From an uncultured Eubacteriales bacterium (lineage in GTDB: Bacteria > Bacillota > Clostridia > Christensenellales > Aristaeellaceae): a stretch of DNA of 64,000 nucleotides. This document shows positions 8,493-19,107 of this stretch, piece by piece (positions within the stretch are counted from its first letter, which is position 1; every line of letters begins with the position of its first letter). Made by a program: the position numbers and the translations under genes. The stretch is from positions 20,580 through 84,579 of the forward strand of contig CACZXF010000043.1 in the NCBI GenBank assembly GCA_902785105.1, in the 5' to 3' direction. The notes beneath the pieces were generated by a model. The model was not told the origin of the DNA. It saw only the letters and a program-made list of their open reading frames with translations, and searched no databases.

Positions 8493-9449
8493 ATGTATGA
8501 TGTAACTGCCCTCGGCGAGCTTCTGATCGACTTTGCGCCGAAATCGGTGGACGCGGCGGGCTATCCGACGCTGGCGGCGAATCCGGGCGGCGCGCCGGGC
8601 AACTTCCTGGCGGCGCTGAACAAGTACGGCTGCTCCGTGGCGATGATCGGCAAGGTGGGCGAGGACATGTTCGGCAAGCTGCTCATCGGCACGCTGAAGG
8701 AGGCCGGCATCGAGACCCGCGGCGTGGTGGTCGATCCCACCCAGTTCACCACCCTGGCCTTCGTCTCCCTGGACGCCAGCGGCAACCGCGATTTCAGCTT
8801 CTGCCGCAAGCCCGGCGCGGACACCTGCCTGACCATCGCCGAGGTGGACGAGACCATGATCACCGACGCCCGCGTGTTCCACTTCGGCACCCTCTCCCTC
8901 ACCCGCGACCCCGTGCGCTATGCCACCCAGCAGGCCGTGGCGCTGGCCAAGTCCCACGGCGTGCTCGTCAGCCTGGACCCCAACCTCCGCAAGCCCCTCT
9001 GGCCCAACGAGGAGCAGGCCAAGGCCGCCATCGAATGGAGCCTCCGGCAGGCGGACATCGTCAAGATCAGCGATGAGGAGATCGAGTTCCTCTGGGGCAT
9101 GACCCCCGAGGCCGGGGCCAGAAAGCTGCTCAACGAGTACGGCGTTTCCCTGGTCTACGCCACCCTGGGCCCCAAGGGCTGCTACGCCTCCACAAAGAAC
9201 GCCCACGTCACCGTCAGCTCCCCCAGCGGCATCAACGTGGTGGACACCACCGGCGCCGGCGATATCTTCGGCGGCAGCGCCATGAGCCGCTTCCTCCGCT
9301 ATAACAAAAAGCCCATCGACCTCACCGAAGACGAGCTCCGCGAAATCGTCACCTTCGCCTGCACCGCCGCCTCCCTCTCCACCCAAAAGCACGGCGGCAT
9401 CTCCTCCGTCCCCGACGAGGCCGATGTCCTCGCCAAGATCGCGGAATAA
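8493..9449 (+). CDS. PfkB-family sugar kinase, fructokinase-like
   Basis: ATG 8 nt after GAAGGAGG. N-terminal GELLIDF and C-terminal DTTGAGDIFGG ribokinase/PfkB signatures. Confidence 0.8.
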   Translation: MYDVTALGELLIDFAPKSVDAAGYPTLAANPGGAPGNFLAALNKYGCSVAMIGKVGEDMFGKLLIGTLKEAGIETRGVVVDPTQFTTLAFVSLDASGNRDFSFCRKPGADTCLTIAEVDETMITDARVFHFGTLSLTRDPVRYATQQAVALAKSHGVLVSLDPNLRKPLWPNEEQAKAAIEWSLRQADIVKISDEEIEFLWGMTPEAGARKLLNEYGVSLVYATLGPKGCYASTKNAHVTVSSPSGINVVDTTGAGDIFGGSAMSRFLRYNKKPIDLTEDELREIVTFACTAASLSTQKHGGISSVPDEADVLAKIAE

Positions 9450-9461
9450 TCCCATACACAA

Positions 9462-9497
9462 ATCCCCCTGCCTTTCAACCCCGGCAGGGGGATTTGT
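9462..9497 (+). terminator. Terminator after the kinase gene
   Basis: ATCCCCCTGCC-loop-GGCAGGGGGAT followed by TTGT. Confidence 0.6.
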
Positions 9498-9508
9498 CGT
9501 AGAAGGGG

Positions 9509-9631
9509 GACGAACCTCTCAGTCACCTTCGGTGACAGCTCCCCTTAAAAGGGGAGCCAGGACTGCCGCCGTTCCTCCTTGGCTCCCCTTTCAGGGGAGC
9601 TGGCACGCGAAGCGTGACTGAGAGGTTCGTC
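9509..9631. repeat. Family A variant element, copy A3
   Basis: GACGAACCTCTCAGTCAC ... GTGACTGAGAGGTTCGTC with inner hairpins GTCACCttcGGTGAC and GCTCCCCTTaaaAGGGGAGC. Confidence 0.85.
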
Positions 9632-9673
9632 CCCTTCCCCGGATGCTGACACATCACCAAAAAGAACGAATAG

Positions 9674-9715
9674 AAAAACCACCCCCGGCAAATCCGACTG
9701 TCGGGAGTGGTTTTT
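9674..9715 (-). terminator. Bidirectional terminator downstream of fusA
   Basis: AAAAACCACCCCCG ... CGGGAGTGGTTTTT, with A and T runs on both sides. Confidence 0.65.
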
Positions 9716-9726
9716 ATTATCAATGC

Positions 9727-11796
<2,070 letters not shown>

Positions 11797-11877
11797 AGTT
11801 GGTTGCCTACTTTCTTTAAGTCTGCGCTTGTTGAAGCGTTGCGTTTGGTTCTGTGAATTGCCAGTCAAGGCGGAAAT

Positions 11878-11995
11878 CCACCTCATCCGGCGCTTCGCGC
11901 CACCTTCCCCTCAAGGGGAAGGCTTTTGGTTACCGGCAACCTAAGCCCCTGCCTTCCCCTTGAGGGGAAGGTGCCCGTGAGGGCGGATGAGGTGG
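11878..11995. repeat. Nested-palindrome element, family B (GGGGAAGG type), copy B1
   Basis: CCACCTCATCCG ... CGGATGAGGTGG encloses two CCTTCCCCTcaaGGGGAAGG hairpins. Lies inside the rpsG-fusA spacer. Confidence 0.9.
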
Positions 11996-12101
11996 CCTGC
12001 CGCTGACCTTTGGCATTTTATTTTAACACTGTCCCTTTACATACTTCAGCACGCAAACCTGAAAGTTGCGTGCTGAAGAAGAAGGTGTGATGTTTTTGTT
12101 T

Positions 12102-12572
12102 TTACCACCTGTAATGGGCGAAAGCCTTGTTGGCCTCGGCCATCTTGTGCATATCCTCGCGGCGCTTCACGGCGTTGCCGGTGTTGTTGGCAGCGTCCAT
12201 GATCTCGCCGGCCAGGCGGTCCGCCATGGAGCGCTCGCCGCGCTTGCGGGCGAACATGACCAGCCAGCGGAGGGCCAGGGTCTGACGGCGCTCGGGACGG
12301 ATCTCGATAGGCACCTGATAGGTGGAACCGCCGACACGACGGGCCTTGACCTCCATCGCGGGCATGATGTTCGCGATGGCCTGGTTGAAGACCTCCATGG
12401 CCTCCTTGCCGGTCTTGGCGGCGACGGTTTCAAAAGCATCGTAGCAGACGGCCTGCGCGACGCCGCGCTTGCCATCATACATCACCTGGTTGATCAGCTT
12501 GGTGATGACAGTCGTTCCATATACAGGATCCGGAAGCACTTCGCGCTTCGGGATAAATCCACGTCTGGGCAT
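12102..12572 (-). CDS. rpsG: 30S ribosomal protein S7
   Basis: [19 protein letters not shown] ... AFAHYRW; 156 aa. Confidence 0.95.
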   Translation of the reverse strand: MPRRGFIPKREVLPDPVYGTTVITKLINQVMYDGKRGVAQAVCYDAFETVAAKTGKEAMEVFNQAIANIMPAMEVKARRVGGSTYQVPIEIRPERRQTLALRWLVMFARKRGERSMADRLAGEIMDAANNTGNAVKRREDMHKMAEANKAFAHYRW

Positions 12573-12756
12573 TTCAATTCCCTCCAAATCAAATTGAACG
12601 GTTTAAAAGTGAACGAGAAACAGGCAAAAGCTCATGCGGCTGTTGGCGCAACCGCCCTCGCCCGGTTCAAACATTCATCCCGCATATTCCCACGTTCCAA
12701 ATGGACATGCGTTCAAAACATTCAAGCCGTTTTCGCCAACGGAAAAAAACTTTTCC

Positions 12757-13131
12757 TTACTTCTTCGGACGCTTCGCGCCGTAGAGGGAGCGGCCCTGCA
12801 TACGCTTGGCAACGCCAGCAGCGTCCAGAGCGCCACGGATGATGTGGTAACGCACGCCAGGGAGATCGCGCACCTTGCCGCCGCGGATGAGCACAACGGA
12901 GTGCTCCTGCAGGTTGTGGCCGATGCCGGGGATGTAGCACGTACCCTCGATGTTGTTGGTCAGACGGACACGCGCAATTTTACGCAAAGCGGAATTCGGC
13001 TTCTTGGGGGTCTGCGTCTTGACGGACATGCAGACGCCGCGCTTCTGCGGACAGGACTGCAGAATCGGGGAATTCGACTTGCTGGTTACCTTTTCTCTAC
13101 CCTTGTGGATCAACTGATTGATCGTCGGCAT
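12757..13131 (-). CDS. rpsL: 30S ribosomal protein S12
   Basis: MPTINQLI ... [15 protein letters not shown]; 124 aa. Confidence 0.95.
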   Translation of the reverse strand: MPTINQLIHKGREKVTSKSNSPILQSCPQKRGVCMSVKTQTPKKPNSALRKIARVRLTNNIEGTCYIPGIGHNLQEHSVVLIRGGKVRDLPGVRYHIIRGALDAAGVAKRMQGRSLYGAKRPKK

Positions 13132-13321
13132 TGAAGAAAAGCACCTCCTGAACTATTCTGAGTGGTTTTAAGCCTCTATATACACTTCCGCAACCCTGGA
13201 AGGCGTAAAGAGTCATGTCGCCCCGTCCCTCACCTTCGGCGAGTGACGGGTTTCGCCCGGCAATCCTCCGGATTGCTCGGACTCAGTCCGGCTTCGCCGG
13301 ACGCTTAAAGGTGGGTATATC

Positions 13322-13564
13322 TTACTTTTTTATACCTGCTGAGGCAGTCTTTACCTCGATGCCGCAGACCTCGCCCAGGGCCTTCATGCTCTCGGCCTCC
13401 ACCATGCGCACGCCCATCTTATTGCAGGCGTCCCGCACCTGGCGGAGAATGAACAGATCGGCATCCTGCGCGACGTAGGCCTCGGCGATCTCGCCGGCCA
13501 ATATCGCTCGCACGAGCCTGCGCGTCCCGACGACCTTGTCGGCATTCTTCAGCTTCTCCAGCAT
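13322..13564 (-). CDS. L7Ae/L30e-family ribosome-associated protein (YbxF-like)
   Basis: 80 aa, lying upstream of rpsL as in the Firmicutes ybxF-rpsL-rpsG-fusA arrangement. RBS GAAAGGAG. Confidence 0.75.
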   Translation of the reverse strand: MLEKLKNADKVVGTRRLVRAILAGEIAEAYVAQDADLFILRQVRDACNKMGVRMVEAESMKALGEVCGIEVKTASAGIKK

Positions 13565-13735
13565 ACGCGCACACTCCTTTCAGATAAACCCAGACTGATA
13601 AATCATACCATTCCACCCCCAACTTGTCAAGCAAAACAGGTTGATTGATTGAATTTTAACCTGTATGCCCGGATGAATTGATAATTGACAATTCACTTTG
13701 TTAAAATCCCTGTCATCATGAACTTTTTACCCTTT

Positions 13736-13764
13736 TTGACATCTCAATATCAAAGGTGTATACT
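13736..13764 (+). promoter_or_regulatory. Sigma-A type promoter
   Basis: TTGACA, 17 nt, TATACT, about 35 nt upstream of the 13800 start. Confidence 0.55.
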
Positions 13765-13799
13765 ATAATAGCATTATCCATGAAAAGAGGATGGTAAAT

Positions 13800-15551
13800 A
13801 TGAAATCGAATGCGTTCAGGCGCTTGCTTTGCGGGGCGTTGGCCGCCGTGATGCTTATTCCCGCCGCGATGGCGGAGGGACTCAACTCCGACGATGTGAG
13901 CGGTGTCAATCCCTTCACCGGTGAATACGTGGCCCCCTCCGCGGCCCCGATGCTGGGTCAGGCCGCTGACACCACCGGCACAAATCCCTTCGGCGGCTCG
14001 GATCTTACCGGCAATAACACCCCGGTGACCGCGGACGACCTGTTCGGCGGCAACACCAGCTATGCCGTCGATCCCAACAGCGAACTTGCCGCCGTGGCCA
14101 ACGATCCCTTCGCCACCGGCACCGCCTCCGCAGTGACCAACGATCCCTTCGGCACGGGCTCGGCCGCTCCGGTGACCAACGATCCCTTTGGCACAGGCTC
14201 GGCCGCTCCGGTGACCAACGACCCCTTCGGAACCGGCACGGCAGCGGCCACGACCACCGATCCCATAGACACGGGAGCCGCGACAGCCACCGATCCCTTT
14301 GGCACGGGCACAGCCGCGGCCAGCGACCCCTTTGGCACCGGCGCGGCGGCCACCGCCGCTCCCGCCGCGGCCACTGACAGCACGGCCAACGCCGGCAATC
14401 CCTTCGGCGACGTAGTCGTTCCCCAGGCCACGACCGCGCCTACGCAGATGCCCACGGTGAAGGGCTACAATCCCTTTGCCAGCAGCGGCGACACCTCGAA
14501 CATGACGGCGACGCAGCCGGGCACGGTGATGTACGTCAGCAACAGCATCGCCCGTCTGCGGGCCAAGCCCTCGGACGAGGCCAAGGTCATCACCGCAGTG
14601 TATTTCGGTACGCAGCTCAACGTCACCGCCACCCAGGACGAGTGGGCCCAGGTGACCAACCCCGCCAACAACCGGACGCTCTACTGCCTGCTGGAGGGCC
14701 TGAGCAGCACCGACCCCAACACCATGTCCAAGCTGATGTATGCCCAACTCCCCACCACGCCCATATCGAAGTCCCCCACCAAACGGGCGATTCGTATGCG
14801 CAACGTGAAGAAGGGCGACACCGTCACCATGACCGCCATCACCGACGACGGCATGTGGGCCCGGGTCACCGTGGACGGCACCAACTACGGCTTCGTCCCC
14901 ACCATCGACCTGGACGACGCCCCCGCCGCCGAGGGCACCCCGGTCTGGTGCGGCACCGCCTACACCGGCGTGATGGTCAACCCGGACCGCTGGACCAAGA
15001 TCGGCAACCTGTCCTTCGGCCAGCCCTGCTATCTGGTGAGCTATATCAACAACAACACCATCGCCAAGATACGCTCCGCCAAGGGCTATGTGGCCTATTG
15101 CGACGCCAGCGCGCTGATCACCGCCGACCCGGCCACACAGTCCACGCCGGTCTACGTCCAGATCACCGGCAAGGTGCTGGGCAAGGGTCCCGGCGAGGAG
15201 GCCGAGAACTTCTACAACGTCAAGAAGAACTCCCAGCTCATGCTGCTGGGCCTCGACAGCAGCGGCACCTGGGCGCTGGTGCGCCGCGGCAAGCAGAAGC
15301 TGTACATCCCCGCGCTGTTTATCGGGGCCACCCGGCTGGGCAACGAAAAGCGCAATCTGGTCGTCATACAGGATACGTCGCTCTACAGCAACAGCCTCCC
15401 TGGCTCCCCGTCCCTGGGCACGCTGCCCCTGGGCACCCGCGTGCAGCTCGTGGGCGGCACCAATACCCACGCCCAAGTCGCCACCATGTCCGACGGCTTC
15501 TCCGAGCCCGTCACCGGCTATGTGTCCTTTGAGTATCTGAGGGCGGAATGA
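13800..15551 (+). CDS. Secreted protein with DPFGTG tandem repeats and bacterial SH3-like domains
   Basis: Signal peptide MKSNAFRRLLCGALAAVMLIPAAMA. Repeats of the form VTNDPFGTGSAAP. Several modules of the type 'ARLRAKPSDEAKVI...W..V', consistent with SH3_3. Confidence 0.7.
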   Translation: MKSNAFRRLLCGALAAVMLIPAAMAEGLNSDDVSGVNPFTGEYVAPSAAPMLGQAADTTGTNPFGGSDLTGNNTPVTADDLFGGNTSYAVDPNSELAAVANDPFATGTASAVTNDPFGTGSAAPVTNDPFGTGSAAPVTNDPFGTGTAAATTTDPIDTGAATATDPFGTGTAAASDPFGTGAAATAAPAAATDSTANAGNPFGDVVVPQATTAPTQMPTVKGYNPFASSGDTSNMTATQPGTVMYVSNSIARLRAKPSDEAKVITAVYFGTQLNVTATQDEWAQVTNPANNRTLYCLLEGLSSTDPNTMSKLMYAQLPTTPISKSPTKRAIRMRNVKKGDTVTMTAITDDGMWARVTVDGTNYGFVPTIDLDDAPAAEGTPVWCGTAYTGVMVNPDRWTKIGNLSFGQPCYLVSYINNNTIAKIRSAKGYVAYCDASALITADPATQSTPVYVQITGKVLGKGPGEEAENFYNVKKNSQLMLLGLDSSGTWALVRRGKQKLYIPALFIGATRLGNEKRNLVVIQDTSLYSNSLPGSPSLGTLPLGTRVQLVGGTNTHAQVATMSDGFSEPVTGYVSFEYLRAE

Positions 15552-15607
15552 TGATACAGGCAGAACCGGCTCCCCGCGGGCCGGTTTTGTCGCGCTGTTT
15601 GCTATTG

Positions 15608-15787
15608 GTATAAATTGGAATTTGGCGGGGTGAGCGGGTAGGCCACCTCATCCGCTCCTTCGGGGCACCTTCCCCTCAAAGGGGAAGGCTTTTGGGCCCG
15701 CCGTTCCCAGCCCCTGCCTTCCCCTTGAGGAGCATCGAGCGCCCGGAAAACAGTCCAGTGGACTGTTTTCAGTGAGACCTGTTTATC
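15608..15787. repeat. Family B element with nested S module, copy B2 (inverted orientation)
   Basis: Terminal motif GTATAAATTGGAATTTGGCGGGG, core CCACCTCATCCGC..., and S palindrome GAAAACAGTCCAgTGGACTGTTTTC. Confidence 0.85.
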
Positions 15788-15818
15788 TATACTTACAACC
15801 ACACAAGAGGTGTTCCCC

Positions 15819-16661
15819 ATGAGATCAACGGGCTGGGTCGCCCTTCTGGTCATCGCGCTTATAGTTATCTACATGACTGCGCCGAATTTCCGCCGAAGCC
15901 GCGTGAAGCGCTGGCGGCACGAGGTCTTTGCCCATCGCGGACTCCATGACATCGACTCGGGCATCGTCGAAAACACCCTCCCGGCCTTCGACGCCGCCTG
16001 CCGGAACGGCTACGGCATGGAGCTGGACATACAGTTCACGAAGGATTTGCAGGTGGTGGTTTTCCACGACGACACCTTAAAGCGCCTCACCGGCGACCCC
16101 CGTCGGGTGGACGAATGTACCCTGCAAGAGCTTAAAGCCATGCCCCTCCACGGCATCGACACCGCCCGTATTCCCACCTTCAGGGAAATGCTGGAGCTGG
16201 TCAATGGCCGCACGCCGCTGCTGATCGAGCTAAAATCCGGCAAGAACAATGTAAAGCTCTGCGAGGCGATGCTGGAGCAGTTGAAGGACTATCGCGGGGA
16301 GTACATCGTTGAATCCTTCAACCCCCTGATCGTCGCCTGGTTCCGCTACCACGCCCCCCAGCTCGTGCGCGGGCAACTGGTCTGCCCCATGAAGGGCTAC
16401 TATCCTGCCGCCAACCAGACCGGCGCGTTCCTGATGGCCGGCCTGCTGCTGAACTTCATCGCCCGCCCGGATTTCGTGGCCTACGACGCCAACGCCAAGC
16501 GCTTCTTCTCCCCCCACTTCCAGCGCTTCATATTCCACACCCCCATGGCCGCTTGGACCGTCCGCTCCGAATCCCTCCAGTCCCTCATCGAAAAGCGCGG
16601 CGAGATCAGCATCTTTGAAAAGATTCGGGTGAAAAAAGGCCAGACATTCAATGAGAATTGA
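15819..16661 (+). CDS. Glycerophosphodiester phosphodiesterase family protein, membrane anchored
   Basis: N-terminal TM helix. HRGLHD ... ENTLPAF ... GMELDIQFTKDLQVVVFHDDTL are GDPD signatures. Confidence 0.75.
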   Translation: MRSTGWVALLVIALIVIYMTAPNFRRSRVKRWRHEVFAHRGLHDIDSGIVENTLPAFDAACRNGYGMELDIQFTKDLQVVVFHDDTLKRLTGDPRRVDECTLQELKAMPLHGIDTARIPTFREMLELVNGRTPLLIELKSGKNNVKLCEAMLEQLKDYRGEYIVESFNPLIVAWFRYHAPQLVRGQLVCPMKGYYPAANQTGAFLMAGLLLNFIARPDFVAYDANAKRFFSPHFQRFIFHTPMAAWTVRSESLQSLIEKRGEISIFEKIRVKKGQTFNEN

Positions 16662-16696
16662 GCTGCCATCACTTCTCTTTCAATTTAGAATTCCAT

Positions 16697-16731
16697 GCCG
16701 CACAGGATTTATTTTCCTGCGCGGCTTTTTC
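16697..16731 (+). terminator. Rho-independent terminator
   Basis: GCCGCACAGGA-loop-TCCTGCGCGGC followed by TTTTT. Confidence 0.7.
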
Positions 16732-16850
16732 CTTATAGCGAGTTTTCTGCACTATATTCTTTTCACCTTGTCCCCAAATTCTTTGTAATGCTATTTCCTG
16801 AACGCTGGATTACCCAGAATATCTTGACGCGGTCTTGTGAATTTTTTCTG

Positions 16851-16879
16851 TTGCTTAAAGGACAAAAAAGTTATATAAT
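16851..16879 (+). promoter_or_regulatory. Sigma-A type promoter of the nine-gene flavinylation/Rnf-like operon
   Basis: TTGCTT, 17 nt, TATAAT; about 30 nt upstream of the 16911 start. Confidence 0.55.
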
Positions 16880-16910
16880 AGAACTGATGATGATTAAAGG
16901 GGTTAAAAGG

Positions 16911-17321
16911 ATGAGGCGAAGGGGCGTCATGATCGCGCTGCTGCTGGCGCTTTGCCTGCTGGGCGGATGCCGGGGAAGTGCGCCGAAGGGCGACACGCAA
17001 GTGCTGCTGGACGGCAGGCCCTGGGACGGCGCGAAGCCCGGCGAAGGCGGCGACCTGCGGGTCTACGTGACGCTGGATGGCGCGGAGCTCATCGACCTGC
17101 CCTTTGACGAGCCTCACACCGTCGAGATCATACAACCCGACGGCGCGAAGAATACCGTCTCCCTCACCGGCGAGGCCGTCACCATGGCAAGTGCCAACTG
17201 CGAGAATCAGGACTGCGTCCACATGGGCGAGGTCACCCGTGACAACCTGGAGCTTCGCGTGATGGGCGGCTTCATCATCTGCCTGCCCCACAAGGTTTCG
17301 GTGGAGGTGCGGGGCAGTTAA
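16911..17321 (+). CDS. NusG-domain-II-like lipoprotein (paralogue 1)
   Basis: Lipobox LLGGC. C-terminal CENQDCVHMGEVTRDN ... IICLPHKV matches the 24558 paralogue. The track start at 16695 is rejected. Confidence 0.7.
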   Translation: MRRRGVMIALLLALCLLGGCRGSAPKGDTQVLLDGRPWDGAKPGEGGDLRVYVTLDGAELIDLPFDEPHTVEIIQPDGAKNTVSLTGEAVTMASANCENQDCVHMGEVTRDNLELRVMGGFIICLPHKVSVEVRGS

Positions 17322-17352
17322 ATATTTACTTCCTGTATATGGAGGCAATCGT

Positions 17353-18054
17353 TTGAATTCAACTGCGCAAAGGGTCGGCCGGTTTGGCCTGCTGGCGGCG
17401 CTGTCGCTGGTGCTGGGCTACTTTGACCGGGCGATACCCATTTCCATGATATTGAGCGGCGCGGTGCCCGGCATCAAGCTGGGGCTGGCGAACACGGTGC
17501 TGCTGTACGGCGTGTACATGCTGGACTGGCGGGGCTGCGTGGCGCTGATGCTGACCAAGGTCTTTCTGTCCGGCTTCATGTTCGGCTCACTGAGCGCCAT
17601 CATCTACAGTCTGGCCGGCGGCATACTGAGCCTCGCGGTGATGCTCCTGATCCGTAAAAAACCCGCTGCCGGGGCCCTGGGCATCGCCGGGCTGGCTGCA
17701 TTGAGCGATGGATTATTGTTATGGCGCAACCCCACGCCGAAGGGGCAGATGCTCTGGTGCGTGATATTGATCGGGCTGGCCTGCGCGGCTGCGATAGCGG
17801 TGTTTATATTCATCCGCAAAAATCCCGCCTTCGGGGTCATGGGGACCTCCCTGGCCGGGGCCGTGGCCCACAACGTCGGCCAGATCCTCGCCGCCGCGGG
17901 AATGCTCCACACCCCTCAATTGCTCTGGACCTACCTCCCCGTGCTGATCGGCATCGGCGCGGCCGTGGGCTGCCTGACAGGCTTCGTGGCCCAGCGGGTG
18001 TTCAAGGCGCTGAAGATACCGGCGGGGATGGCTCAACCGGAAAAACAGGACTGA
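17353..18054 (+). CDS. Gx-transporter / Hpre_diP_synt_I-type polytopic membrane protein
   Basis: TTG start 7 nt after GGAGG. About 6 TM helices and Gly-rich. This family (PF07456-like) is usually adjacent to NusG_II-type genes. Confidence 0.6.
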   Translation: MNSTAQRVGRFGLLAALSLVLGYFDRAIPISMILSGAVPGIKLGLANTVLLYGVYMLDWRGCVALMLTKVFLSGFMFGSLSAIIYSLAGGILSLAVMLLIRKKPAAGALGIAGLAALSDGLLLWRNPTPKGQMLWCVILIGLACAAAIAVFIFIRKNPAFGVMGTSLAGAVAHNVGQILAAAGMLHTPQLLWTYLPVLIGIGAAVGCLTGFVAQRVFKALKIPAGMAQPEKQD

Positions 18055-18069
18055 TTTAAGGAGATATTG

Positions 18070-19062
18070 ATGAAAAACACGCGCTTCCTGGCGATATTGA
18101 CCGCGCTGCTGATGCTGCTTTCGACCCTTCCGGGCTGTGCCGCGCCGGAGAAGGAGAAGAAGTCCTCTGTGGGCTTCTATCTGGACACGGTGATCACGCT
18201 GACGGCCTATGTGGACGATCAGGCGGTGCTGGAGGACGCGCTGAAGGAGTGCGGGCGCTATGAGCGCATGCTCTCCCGCACCATCGAGGGCAGCGACGTC
18301 TGGAACATCAACCACGCGAACGGTCAGCCGGTGGAGGTCTCCGACGACACCCTGGCCATACTGGACGTGGCCCGGCAGGTCAGTGAGCGCTCCGAAGGGA
18401 CCTTTGACGTGACCATCGCCCCGGTCTCCACCATGTGGGACTTCACCTCCGGCGCGGCGGTAGTGCCCGACGCCAAGGACATCGAAGCGGCGGCCGAGCG
18501 GGTGGATTATTCCCAGGTCACCATAGACGGCAACTCTGTAACCCTCCCCGCGGGCATGATGATCGACCTGGGCGGCATCGCCAAGGGCTACATCGCCGAC
18601 GCGGTGAAGGGGTATCTTATGGAGCGGGGCGTGGAGAGCGCCATACTCTCCTTCGGGGGCAACATCGTCGCCATCGGCTTGAAGCCCGACGGTTCCCCCT
18701 GGAAGGTGGGCATACAGGATATCGACGAGCCCACGGGCAACTACATGCTCGTGGCACTGAACCGGGGCGGCTCCACCGTCACCAGCGGCATCTACGAGCG
18801 CGGCTTCGAGGCCGACGGTGTGTACTACCACCACATTCTCGACGCCAAGACCGGCTGGCCGGTTCAAAATGAGCTGGCCTCCGTCACCATATTCTCCGAA
18901 AGCTCCATGTGGGGCGACGCCCTGGCCACCGCCGCCTTCGCCCTCGGCACCGAGGCGGGCACGGCGCTCATCGAGTCGCTGCCCGACATCGAGGCGGTTT
19001 TCATCGCGAGGGACAGGAGCGTCAGCTATACCTCCGGAGCGAAGGACTATATGGTCGAATGA
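18070..19062 (+). CDS. apbE: ApbE-type FAD:protein FMN transferase lipoprotein
   Basis: Lipobox LPGC. Contains DLGGIAKGYIAD, TSGIYERGF and HHILDAKTGWP, typical of ApbE/Ftp. Confidence 0.85.
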   Translation: MKNTRFLAILTALLMLLSTLPGCAAPEKEKKSSVGFYLDTVITLTAYVDDQAVLEDALKECGRYERMLSRTIEGSDVWNINHANGQPVEVSDDTLAILDVARQVSERSEGTFDVTIAPVSTMWDFTSGAAVVPDAKDIEAAAERVDYSQVTIDGNSVTLPAGMMIDLGGIAKGYIADAVKGYLMERGVESAILSFGGNIVAIGLKPDGSPWKVGIQDIDEPTGNYMLVALNRGGSTVTSGIYERGFEADGVYYHHILDAKTGWPVQNELASVTIFSESSMWGDALATAAFALGTEAGTALIESLPDIEAVFIARDRSVSYTSGAKDYMVE

Positions 19063-19107
19063 ACAGGGATATTCAATATCAACTATATAATAAAGGGGGA
19101 AGGGCAA

